Below the pieces are notes generated by a model that saw only the letters and a program-made list of their open reading frames with translations, was not told where the DNA came from and did no database searches. Position numbers and translations under genes: made by a program. DNA of 63,933 nt, the filler included, from Choristocarpus tenellus KU-1152 (Eukaryota > Protista > Phaeophyceae), in assembly GCA_964200185.2 (NCBI GenBank). It is 11 parts of 11 records of this genome, joined end to end, with 100 filler letters (N's around TTAATTAATTAA, not from the genome) between each part and the next. Parts side by side here need not be neighbours in the genome. Positions count along the whole stretch, not along the records: positions 1 to 5,074 come from CAXNAD020011963.1; positions 5,175 to 8,218 come from CAXNAD020022730.1; positions 8,319 to 21,252 come from CAXNAD020001650.1; 8 more parts are not named here. The stretch is one strand, 5' to 3'. Shown piece after piece: positions 1 through 11,395 of this stretch. Within the stretch, counting starts at the first letter, position 1. Every line of letters begins with the position of its first letter.

Positions 1-3000
1 CAGGTGGCTGAATCCTTCTCTGAGGCACACTTGTGCTTGATGAGGAGTCATAATGACCTTTCTTTGAAAATTGGCTACACTCTCATGGGGGAGTGTTGTA
101 TGGGGTTCGGTATTGCGGTTAAACTTCTCTGACATAACCGTTGACTTACGTCTAAGGCACAAATAAAAAAACAAGCAATAAAAAGACACCCCACAAGGTC
201 ACTCTTCTTTTCAACCATGTGATCGTATTCAGCAATGAGGAATCGTGTGAGGCTCCCATCACTTCTTCTCTCTTCTTCCATACTCCTACAAACAGCAGTT
301 TAATCTGCACAATCTTTGTTGCAAATTGTTGGCCATACCCTCTGTGAGCCACAAGCTGTCTCAGAAGGCCTTGGCTCAAAATTCGAGATGCACAATACAA
401 CAGCACTGACCTAAATGCATGCAAGGCTGAGAAACATGATGAGGAGGAAATGATAGCAGAGACAGAGAGAGACAGGTGGCTACTATTATATGAGTGGGTG
501 TTGATGAGTGTGATTTTGTATAGCTGGGTGTGCAATCCGTGCACTGGAAGAGCACTCCTCATAATGTGCAAGCTCCCATATGCACTAGGGGAGTGATCCA
601 ACTGTGTAAGCCCACATTTCACATGCTCGTTTTTCATCACTGTGTCGCCTGAGAGTACTGACAGTATGACCTTGCTCCTTGCTAAAAGTAAATCAAAGTA
701 CCAGGACCTTTTCCAATCTTTTTTGGTTACATTCAAATAATTCAAAAACTCAAGCATCATGTTTGCCCGATACATTCTGTCATTTTGATACCCTGGAAGT
801 TTGTTGCAATAAATGCTTTTCTAAGATTAGCCCACAACAATGCCCCAGACCTAACTAAAGCAACGATTCAGCAGAGGAATTGTTTCCAAAACCATTCAAG
901 AACTGTTGTTGTAGAAATGCAGAATGAAGGATGATTGCAACGAGATAAGACAAGATCACGATTGTCCCAACTCCAACTTTTGTCCTTCTGTGTGGAAATA
1001 CAAACCTCGTACTCAGTGTACATATCTCCTTACACATAAATCACACACCTGTACCTTGACTGGCATGAATAAATGTATGACAGGGTTGCTAATGATGCAG
1101 AGTTAGCCCTGGAAATGCCAATTGATCATACACACAAGGAGAAAAAGGATGAGGCCAAACGGGTCAATGATCTTCTCCTTGCTGAGTGTAATGATCATCT
1201 CCTTGAAGAGGCGCAGAGGGTAGAGAATGCTATGACCGTGGTACAGAAAGTGAAACAAACTCATACCTAGGACTGTAACTAAGGGCGAGGGGAGTTCTTA
1301 CCCAGGGTCTGTTGTCGTTTCTGTTTTACATCTCTGAGGAGGGGGGCCAGGGTATCTCCAGTGCCATGGACGATTGCTTGGCCTTGCCCCTTGGCTTCGC
1401 CATCTTAATAATTGGCCATGTGGACATTGTCTTAACACTATATATTTTCTTGCTACCAGGCTGATGAGGTGTGCGCCCATTGAACAAGATGCCCAGGCAA
1501 GTAACTGTCAGAATGAACATGGTTGGTGATCAGGTGACAGAGGCAAAAGAAACCAATTGGAGGGGTGGGATTTGTAACAACAGGGCTAATTAGGTAGGCT
1601 AAAACTGTTTATGAAATCTAGGAATAGGGCGTGGGTATTCCATTTGACGTGTACTTGGTTGGGAATACTCCATAGTGTTGTTTAGTCCTTCCCCTTTCCA
1701 TCACAAGTTGATAACAACACCAGTGTTCTAGGGCACCATTCCATGGATCCATCTGCTGAAGTGAGGTGGACAAGCCTGTTTGATCATTTCTGACCTCCAA
1801 ATGTTCGAGTTGCTAATACCCACAGTGTATGCTGCGACTACTCTGTTGGGTAGTGGCTGGCATACTCTGGGCGAAGAAACATTTTTCACCCACGAGGGAC
1901 TGTATACTGAGTGTGAAGTGATGTGGCTGGAAGTCTCTCTTTGAAGATACACATGGGAGGCATGAATGGTTCCTGTCCATGTTCACCACCAAAAGGCGTG
2001 GCCACATCTGCTTTTCTATTTTAGTAGGACCTCAAAAAAACTGCTGTGCTTGCCGGAGATTATTGCTAACTTGAGTGGGTGAAGCGAAGAACATCTTGGT
2101 TGTAATTACTACGTTACTAAGTTATAGATTGTGGTTAGAGCATCGCAGGTGTAACAGTAATACATGTACACGTTTCTCAGTACTCAAGAGCTCTGATTAT
2201 TTTTTTAAACACAGAGGAAGTAGCCGGGCCATGTCAACGGCATTGTGTTATTACTAAAATGCCATCTCCAATTGTACTAAGAGTGTGCTGCTCAGATAGT
2301 GTGCCAAACAATATTTCAACTGCTCTCATCAATGCCAGCCCTCAAACCTCAAAGTTCTCTTCACGTAAGCAAGACCCTGCTTCATCCACATCTACTTCAC
2401 TACTTGCCTGGTGATAGCTCTTGTGGTGGTTGCTGGGGAGTGGTTTGGCTGGAAGGTAGTGGACATGTTACAGAAGGCTGCAGTATTATCCAATGGAGGA
2501 GGTACTTTGACCCAAACCACCTCAACGGGGATACCTATTTCAATGTACTAGGGTTTCAGGAGCTCAAGGGCATTTTGTGAGTATGCTGTAATGGTAGTTC
2601 TTTCTACCTGCACTTCCACTTGGCTGCATACTTGTGTTGTAGTTGTTGGACTCCAACAAGTGCTGAGCAAACGGAATCAAGTAAGCCCTCCACAGAGGGA
2701 ATGGAAAATCAATAATGCCAATATGAAGGTTGATGGTGGTGTGTGTATTGTTTTATTGTGTGGGGTCAGACAGGCCCCTTTTTTCTTCTCCTGAGCATTG
2801 ACCAGTTTGTTTCCACATGCAATAATATGCTACCCCTTTAATGCTTTCTAGATTTGTCACTTGTTAATTTTATGTCTACGTTGTTTAAAATCCCCTTAGA
2901 GCTAAAACTGCATCTCTTGCAACTTGTAAGCACTTTGCTACCAACATCCTGGTCTGCTATTGTATTGGGACAATTTTCAACACTATACATCAAGCTCTAG

Positions 3001-5074
3001 CACTGAGCATCTCTTCTGACTGTTTTATTTGACCTATGCCAGAACATTATTGAAAAAGACACATACGCCACATGTAACATATTCAGTACAAAAAGTTAAT
3101 TGATGGTGTAACTTTATGTAGCACAACAAACACGTTAACAACTGTAACTGCCTTGGTGTCGATGTGCCCAGTGTTTATGGTGCTGTGAAGTGATGTACCA
3201 CGTTAGTGATAACACTGCTCCCTTCCACAGTCCGTAGATTAGCAGCAACCATGGAGCTTGCTGAGTCATGAAACTGTTCTTACTTATGTGTTCGTGTGTC
3301 AATATTTTGAGCCCTGCCTGAAGTATCACTCAGAGTAGCTTTTGCAGGCATGTGAAAGGCAAGTTGGAAATCAATCAACGCCATTTTAACAATCAACATA
3401 ATGAAAATTATCATAGAAAATCCCCTCTGGCCACATCGTATGTAACAAGATCTAACCCTAAGAACACAAGCAAACCATCCAGAGGCACACATACACACAC
3501 ACAAATTTAACTACCCTACTCCAAATGACTCTCTTCCAATCAGACAGACATACTACCTGCAAGCACATGGCTCGGTGAGCTCATCAATGCCCTGCAAGAA
3601 CGTAAGGAAACAATGAAGCTGACAATGATTCCATATATCAGCAACTAAAGTGATCTGCTGCATAAAATTCTACTCCATACTTGTACCAAGAACTCAGAGG
3701 AGAGTCATCACTCCACATATGCAATTGGTACTGAATGAAAAATGAAAACACCTAACAAATAAAACTAGTGCAACATCACTGATAAAGAAACAAACCTAAA
3801 ATATTGAATACTTTTTTTTCCAAAATAACCCTGTCAGCACCGGTTCTGTTCACATGGAAGGTAGTACTCTTCAGTGCACCAAGTACACTTTGAGGGGTAC
3901 AATTCTATAGTCCCTACATTATGTAGAACTACTCTTTTTCAAGTAGTCCACACCCTCCTGAGTGAACGTTCATTACATACAGCTTTTGGTTTGTTTCCAA
4001 GGAGGGTCTCAGTTGTACTAACTTCAGATGTTACTGGATACTGGATACTGGATACTGGATACAGGTAACAAATAAACCAATGGGAACAAATAGAAGACGA
4101 CGCTATATGCCACAAGGCCACCCACCCCTCAAACAACAACAATATATATATATATATGACACACCCGCCTAGAAACAACTCAACCTGCTTCACAAAAAAA
4201 ATGTGGATTATTGGCCCCTTGGATCTAACATCTTCCAAAGGCAAGTGCACGGAGCCCGCAAGACCTGTCTAAAAGCAGACAACTGCGGCCACCTGGTTGC
4301 AGAAAAACACAAATAACTATGGAAGCATGGCGTCCCTTCCTGTCAAACCTGGAACAAAAAAAGGATGCTTGTTTCATAACCCACTGGGAACGCTAGCTAC
4401 CAGCAGAAAGTATCGCGCTGCCTGTCAAATCTTGACCACAGGGAACGGTCAAGCGAGTTGAGTCTAAGTCTAAGACTAGTGTAACATCTTCCCACCCACT
4501 TCAGACCACAAGAATACTCACACACAATGCAACAAGAAACTGATCCATCCAAATACATCCATCCACAGACACATACTTACGCCCTTTGGGAGGGGTCAAA
4601 ACGAAACCTTTTGTTCATTCAAGTGTGCCAGTGCCCGTCGCAAGGCTGTGGACTTTCGCCGAGTGTGTTTTGATCTGCACAAAATAAGGTATACAAAATA
4701 AGGTACATAAAAAAGTTATACAAAACAAGAGGGGAAGGTACAAACAGGCACACCGTAAGGAAGTATTGAAACTGTACATATTTTAGATACATCAAACTGC
4801 ATGAACAGCTGCAGCGGTGAAAGACAATCATCCCATGGATAGCATACACTAGCAACCACTTCATCCTTGGCGTTGATACCAACAACCCAACCAAATCACC
4901 AATCGCCATCGAGCCAAAGAGCTAACGAGCCAGTCCACATCCCAGGGCAGTGCAAACAAATACCCCATCCTAAATAGGAGCGAATCAAACCATGCAGTCA
5001 CTTCATCAAAGACAATAGCCACAAGCAATCACCATGCCAAAACAATATATATACATATATATATCATCAGCACC

Positions 5075-5174
5075 NNNNNNNNNNNNNNNNNNNNNNNNNN
5101 NNNNNNNNNNNNNNNNNNTTAATTAATTAANNNNNNNNNNNNNNNNNNNNNNNNNNNNNNNNNNNNNNNNNNNN
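5075..5174. other. Artificial contig linker (44N-TTAATTAATTAA-44N). Identical linkers at 8219-8318, 21253-21352, 25546-25645, 28481-28580, 33684-33783, 36744-36843, 43263-43362, 50665-50764, 58096-58195
   Basis: The same 100-bp structure with a six-frame-stop core occurs ten times. Separate 10-N gaps lie at 6410-6419, 7251-7260 and 37508-37517. Confidence 0.98.
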
Positions 5175-5453
5175 CTCCAGGAGGCACACGCACACCACCC
5201 CTGCCTGCAGAGATTCCAGAACATACCTACAACGTGCAAAAAAAGAACTCCAGACAACACAAGAAATTGGTTTGATATCGAAAAACGCCTCTTCATATTG
5301 GTCCCGACGCTGTACCGATTCCCACCTCCACCTTCCGAGGCGTCCGTGTGCATTCACTCTCGCTCCTTCCACCAATGAAAAGCTCAGAAGCAAAAACAAA
5401 ACAAAACACACACACACACACATACGCCATCCATCCTTAGGCTTCCTGTGTGT

Positions 5454-5660
5454 CTACAGCTCAAACGTTTCCCTCTTGAAAGATAGTCCAAGCTCTGCCG
5501 CTGCCATAGATGCGGCATCCACAAGTCCATTGGGCCCACAAGCAAACACTAGCGCGTCTCTGCCCAAGCCCTTGCAGTCGAACAGCTCTGCAGCGACATC
5601 TGGGCGTCCCATCTTGCATGGGACTAGCATTGACAAGCTCCCATCCCACCTCTCAGTTCG
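5454..5660 (-). CDS. Terminal exon of a ferric reductase / NADPH oxidase (FRE/NOX/RBOH-type) flavoprotein, NAD(P)H-binding domain
   Basis: Translates ...MGRPDVAAELFDCKGLGRDALVFACGPNGLVDAASMAAAELGLSFKRETFEL*, containing GRPD, VFACGP and the terminal F-x-x-E-x-F motif. CAG acceptor at 5661-5663, TAG stop at 5454-5456. Confidence 0.85.
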   Translation of the reverse strand, partial: RTERWDGSLSMLVPCKMGRPDVAAELFDCKGLGRDALVFACGPNGLVDAASMAAAELGLSFKRETFEL

Positions 5661-5695
5661 CTGTGAATGCTAAACTCATGTGCCAGGCAGTCCAA

Positions 5696-5755
5696 CGGGT
5701 TAGGGTTAGGGTTAGGTGTGCAAAGGCGGTTGGGGTTGGGGTTAGGGTTAGGGTT
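5696..5755. repeat. Interstitial telomere-like (TTAGGG)n tract; others at 13898-13911, 23841-23853, 37202-37225, 38890-38918, 39700-39720, 39864-39887
   Basis: Short runs of 2-5 TTAGGG/CCCTAA units, many of them within introns of the genes above. Confidence 0.9.
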
Positions 5756-7984
5756 GCATTGTGAGTTTTGTTTAGTCGGGGTGTGAGTTGAACCTGCAAT
5801 CTGATTGGTGCTTCCCTCAACAAAAAAAAGACACAAAAAATGCCACTTCAGCATGGTTTTGAATACTTGAGTAACGGTCTTGAATACCGGAGGTTTTGAA
5901 TACTTCAGTGCAGTGAACGTTCAAGGCCACGATCCAAATATGTCCAAACATGTCATGTGTGTCTGTCTCTCTTTCCTCTGTCGACTGCAACACCAAGAGT
6001 CAAGTATATACTTCAAGAGTCAGGCTTTTCATGTTTTGAACAGTACCATGACCAACAAGGTACAGAGAGACGGTTCACCCTAAACTACAGGTGTGATACT
6101 GAAGATACAGTGAAAAATCTCCACAAAATAATAATATTAATAATCAGAAACTTGAAACAATAAGTAAAAATGAAAACATAACAATACAAGACACAGACCC
6201 ATTAGCAAAGTTTCCCCCTGAGCAACTCCACTCAGGATCTCCCGATTGAAGGGCAGGCGTGTTACGAAATATGAGACTGTGTCTTGACATACTGCAAACA
6301 GGAGGGCGGAACCTGAACCAGACTTGAAGTTGCATTTCTTACCCTGCATCCCCCCCCCCCCACACCCCCCCGCGCCCCCAACACCCACCCCGCCCCCCAC
6401 AACAACAAANNNNNNNNNNTGCATTTCTTACCCTGCACCCCCCCCCCCCCACCCCCAAGGGAGCAAAAAACACTTACACTTACTACTAAAAAAATTTGGA
6501 AAAGAAATCAAGGACTGGTATACAACGTACCTGGCCAGTGTTGAATAGCTCAACAGAGAACCGCCCCATGAGGCCCTCCTCACAGGCGACCTCATGAAAC
6601 ATGTCCTGAAACAGCAACGCCTCATCGGCGGACCTGAACGACCACACCTGCGAGCGGAAGCATTGCGGCAGACGCACGAGCAAGGCGATCGCAACTTAAC
6701 CCAATGGGCACCAACTGGAGTGTATGCACCCAGTGCATTGGTACTGAATGCAATCATCAACGCTCTACCTCTCGACACATTAAAAGATGGAAGGCTTTTT
6801 TTTTTTTTTTTCACCTGTGCGCAAAGTGAGAACTAAACTAACTTGCTCCTCCTATTCCAAAAAGAAATTTCTTTCAAAAACAGAGTAATTTATCGTACTC
6901 TGGATTCCTACAGCAGTAGAGCTAGTAGCTAGTAGTAATGAAGGAGCACAAGAATGTGTCTCCCAGGTATGAATGGAAAACTGCACAAACACACCATCAC
7001 ATACCACGTAGCATGGGGGGGGGGGGGCTTACATACATAACAGTCGAACAGATCGATTGTGGTCTGGAGAGGCACACATGCAACAAAAATGAAACCAAAA
7101 CCGAAACTGAAAAAACCCCCTGGAAAATAAAGAATTTTCTTGGACTCTTCCACAGATAATAATACCTCTCCCCCCCCCCCCCCCCCCCCCCCCCAACACC
7201 CCTATTCTGTGCACTACCTAGAGGATGGGCCGAGAGTGGGGGAGGGGGGGNNNNNNNNNNAACCGAAACTGAAAAAACCCCCTGGAAAATAAAGAATTTT
7301 CTTGGACTCTTCCACAGATAATAATCCCTCCCCCCCCCCCCTCCCCCCAGTGAACTACTCTATGTTACTACTGAAACCGCGAGGGCATCGAGATGCTGGA
7401 GAGGGCAAGAGTAAGTTGTGATGTCACTAGTAAGTGTGACTGGACACCCAAGAAGTGCAGTCAAAGTACCAATCGGAAGAACCGCTGTGTGTGTGCTTGT
7501 TGAAGAGCAACCTTCGCGTTGACTCTTTCTGCTTTAGAACCATAAATATTTTGTTCCTACTTTGGAACCGTGTCAAGATATTTTTCTTCTTCATGGTACG
7601 ACTATATATATATATATAAATAAATAAATAAATATATTTGTTGAACAATATACTTGGGGAACAAGTGCTTTAGAACACTTAAAAAATAAATTAATATATA
7701 TATATATATATATTTTTTCTTAATGGAGTGTCAGCTGGATGAAAGGCAAAGGTCATGACCAGGGACAGTCAGCGTTCACTACCGTCATCACACGCAACAG
7801 TCGCCTCTTGACAACAGACACAAGGCGCACCTACACAAACACATGCACAGAACACATGCACATAACACTAGTAATACCCACATACAGGTACAAGCAAAGA
7901 TGGTGTCCACCTACCTACCATATAACCCACAACAAGAAGAGCAAACATCACACCAAGTAAGTACCAAGTACCATCAAATCTCAC

Positions 7985-8119
7985 CAAGTGAACTCCCAAA
8001 TCCAGGCAGTCCTGGAGCAAGCTAGCCTTGGCCAAGGAGTACAGGTGTCGGAAGATGGCATAGCATGGAGTTATACCTATTCCCCCGGCCACAAGCACCA
8101 GTCGTCTATATTGCCCAAA
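7985..8119 (-). CDS. Internal exon of the same ferric reductase/NOX-type gene
   Basis: FGQYRRLVLVAGGIGITPCYAIFRHLYSLAKASLLQDCLDLGVHL carries the canonical LVAGGIGITP NAD(P)H-binding motif. Bounded by a CAG acceptor and GTGAGA donor; 135 nt; same scaffold segment and strand as the 5454-5660 exon. Confidence 0.88.
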
Positions 8120-8739
8120 CTGCTTGTCACCATCATCAAGAAAAACAAAGACAGGTAGAGGGGGGGGGGGGGAGAGGGGGAGAGATACAGTACCAGCTAC
8201 AGGTGTCCTTAACCAATGNNNNNNNNNNNNNNNNNNNNNNNNNNNNNNNNNNNNNNNNNNNNTTAATTAATTAANNNNNNNNNNNNNNNNNNNNNNNNNN
8301 NNNNNNNNNNNNNNNNNNCCCCCTCAGTCATATCATCTTCATCTCAACACTGCACACTACCTTCCACTGCAAGTACTTGGACCAACCCTAACGCATACAG
8401 TGCCCTTGAACAGCTTGATCTAAAGCCTGCCTTCATATACACTCTGCAGGTAACTCTGTAGTACACTGCAATTAGAACATCATCACAACTACACCCTTTC
8501 TTCACTGTCCAAAAAGAGGCAGGTCACTGCATATCCACCTTTTCTTTTCTGTGACAGTCAATTCCTTTTTATATTTTATTATCAACACCTGTGATCACAG
8601 TCTACCACTCTTCAAATATATATATTTTAAAGTTTCACAGGAGCATCAGGGCAACTCACAAGCTGCATCAATCAATCCCTATCACCCTCTTCCCTCCCCC
8701 CTCCCCCCCCTGCCCCAACCCCTTCTCTGTTCCCTTCAC

Positions 8740-8967
8740 CTGAGCACGAGATTCAGTGGGAAAATAGTCAGCGATCAGAGAGTAAGAGCACGGTAAGAGC
8801 GCAGATTCCCCCACCCCTAGTAGACCCTGGGCCAAAAGCAAATGCCAAAAGCTATTGGACATCCCCATCAACACCATTGCCAGGTTCCAAACCATCACCC
8901 CATAGAAGAGCATTTTTTTTCGGCTGTAGGTATCCGCTGCACGCCCCATAAAGAGTCCAAACAATAC
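8740..8967 (-). CDS. Internal exon of a major facilitator superfamily transporter, Spinster (SPNS)-like
   Basis: VLFGLFMGRAADTYSRKKMLFYGVMVWNLAMVLMGMSNSFWHLLLAQGLLGVGESALLPCSYSLIADYFPTESRAQ contains MFS motif A (GxxADxxSRK), GVGE and SLIADYFP. TAG acceptor and GTGAAG donor; 228 nt, phase 0/0. Confidence 0.9.
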
Positions 8968-11289
8968 CTAAGCAGAAGAAATGCATAGGATATGTTAGAA
9001 AAAAATACAAAAATCACAAACTCCAGAAACATACGAGCGTGTATGTATGTGTGTGTTGTTTGTGTGTGTGTGTATTATGTATGTACATGGCCAAGATAAA
9101 GAAGCACAAAGCGTTCAGGGCTTTTAACCAGACTGGGAGAGACTATTGATGGGACCAGGCTGAGGGTTGGTCAGGGGGAAGTGTGTCTTTTGTCTTGATC
9201 AGTCCAGGGCCTCCAGAGAGTACAACCAGACCGGATCATGAATCGGAACAGACTAAACTAAACGTATTTCTTTACAGGGTTGGCTCAGTTGAAAGGTGTC
9301 ATAACGGACTGGGCCGTGGGTTGGCTTGGGTGAAAGGTGTCATAACAGGTCCAGACCAGGGTCACTGAGATTGTTAACAAGACCAGGTTGTGGGACAGTG
9401 GATCAGGTCCGCCCAGTTGGTTTGTCCTGTGAAAAGCCCTACCCTAACTATAGTGAGGGACATAGAAGGCACTCACCATTCATCAATACTCAACCATTAC
9501 AAACCAATACAGCTGCAATTTAATTGGCTAGGAGGTATTTTCGAATAGTCTATTGGACTGTCATTGCATGCACGAAATGCATGGAGTTTAAAAATCATCA
9601 GACAGAGATCCAAAGACATGAACAGACAGTGGTGAGATGTGAGTGAGTTGTGAGTAGAAATAGTGACGTGATACCTTGGGGACAGTACAATGAAGTTTTT
9701 TTTTTTTCTTAGTTTTTTTTTTTTAACATTTTAAATAGACACACTCCTGCTCGTATTGTGAAAAATATATATATGTATATGAAACGTTCAGTTCAGTCTT
9801 CTCTTCTTTTTTTTCCCCCCAATTATTCCAGTTGACTGAGAAATGATGACGATCGAACTGTCATGGTCCGCAACACTACATTACTCACACACAACAAAAA
9901 GAAATTAATATGCATATATATATATCACTTGTTTTCCAGATTGTGCTTCAAATTGACTCTGCGCTCTACCGTAGTAGTGTTCTACGAAATGCCCCTCTAA
10001 CCTTTCGCCAGACTTTGAGTAATACGGCAGTCAAACAAAAAAATAAAAACCATTTTTCTACACGAGTTTGAAGAAACAGTTATCTTCCTCATCCACTCGC
10101 GGAAGCATTCGAACCGATGCTGTGCTGGAAAAAAAAAGAGGAACTATATAAAGCAATCGAGAACTATTTTCTAATTCGAACCAGTCCAGGGCCATCAGAG
10201 AGTAACAAAAAAATAGACCAAATCGCAGACCGATCTTTGCATACCCTGTCGTGAAGGGGTCAGTCTAGAACCATTGAGGAGTTCACAACCCAACACGGGC
10301 TACGGTTTGACTGCCCAGGTGAAACTTTGTCTTAACAGAGTTGAAACCAGGTCCGACCGGTCTGTCTGGTTAACTGCCAGTTCAGTGGAAAGTCCTGAAA
10401 GTAGTGAAGTTGGAGTCCGAGTTGAACAGAAGGTGGTTTCTTTGTTGTGGTTGAGGGGGTGTGCTCTGCGCCAGTAAGGGCTTCGGATAGGCGGTGGAGA
10501 GAGGAGGAGGGGGTTGGCAATAAAAAATTAAAAAAAGAATTGAGGCTGCAGAGTCCAACATTATAGAGCCACGTAGGAGCGCATCAGCAGCACACACCTG
10601 GAGTTAGCTTTTGAGGGACTCAGTTGCCAGCAGGTTCTTTTACTAAGAAAAAAGTATCTCCAATTTTTTTTTTTCAGGAAAAAAAAAGTGCCGCATCTAA
10701 GAAAAGGGTTTATTTATTAAAAAAGAAGAGCAAAAAAATCAAGCAAATTATTTCCTAGAGAAAAAGAAAATCACTGGTGGATCAGTCTTATTTTATTCCC
10801 CAACCCTACTGACCTTGCCAAACGAGGGGTTTTTCGTGAGGAAAAAAATAAAATAAAAATCAACACTACCTGGAAATGTAGCATACGTAGTAAATATTAT
10901 TATTTAAAGATAGTTCAGCTTGGACTCGTCTCTCACCGAGGAAACGATTCTTCCAGAATACAATTAACAAAACAAAAAAAAATCCATTGGACAGTTGCAT
11001 GACGTCAGACTTTCCGCACTGAATTTTCTTTTAGAACACTCATCATCCCAACACCATATTGATCCTTGGTTCGTTGAATAGTACGTGCCCCTGGGGAGGG
11101 GGGTCGGGGGCATCAGAAACTGCTTCGATAACTTCACGTTTGTCAAAGAGTTATCGGTGCGTCCCCCATGTGAAAGCTGACTCATCACCTCCATTATCAC
11201 TTTCCATTACAGAAACATGTGAAGGTACGTGTGAGGTAAGGGGGGAAAAGAGAGGGAAAATGACATCATTTAATGTAATGTGTACGTTG

Positions 11290-11395
11290 TGAAAGGGTGT
11301 GCCCGGAGCAAGGATATTGACACTCCCTAACAAACACGATAGCCAAATAAATATCATAATAAACATCAAAATCACCGCATTCGATTCTGGCCCCG
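11290..11395 (+). mobile_element. Internal fragment of MITE family A (no termini)
   Basis: AAGGATATTGACACTCCCTAACAAACACGATAGCCAAA...CATCAAAATCAC-GCATTCGATTCTGGCCCC matches the interior of the full copies at 31925 and 60729. Confidence 0.8.

Noticed and set aside
152-775. Longest ORF in the track (207 aa)
   Set aside because: No recognisable motif or splice support. The plus strand has only a faint Helitron-like CxxC...KLPYAL hint, too weak to call.
5119-5130. Recurrent TTAATTAATTAA palindrome
   Set aside because: It is always centred in a 100-bp N spacer, so it is an assembly linker rather than a biological motif. Gene neighbourhoods across linkers are therefore not interpretable.
7099-7345. 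Direct repeat of about 65 bp either side of a 10-N gap (similar cases at 6330-6455 and 37370-37550)
   Set aside because: Most likely an unmerged contig overlap at poly-C/G tracts, i.e. an assembly artefact.
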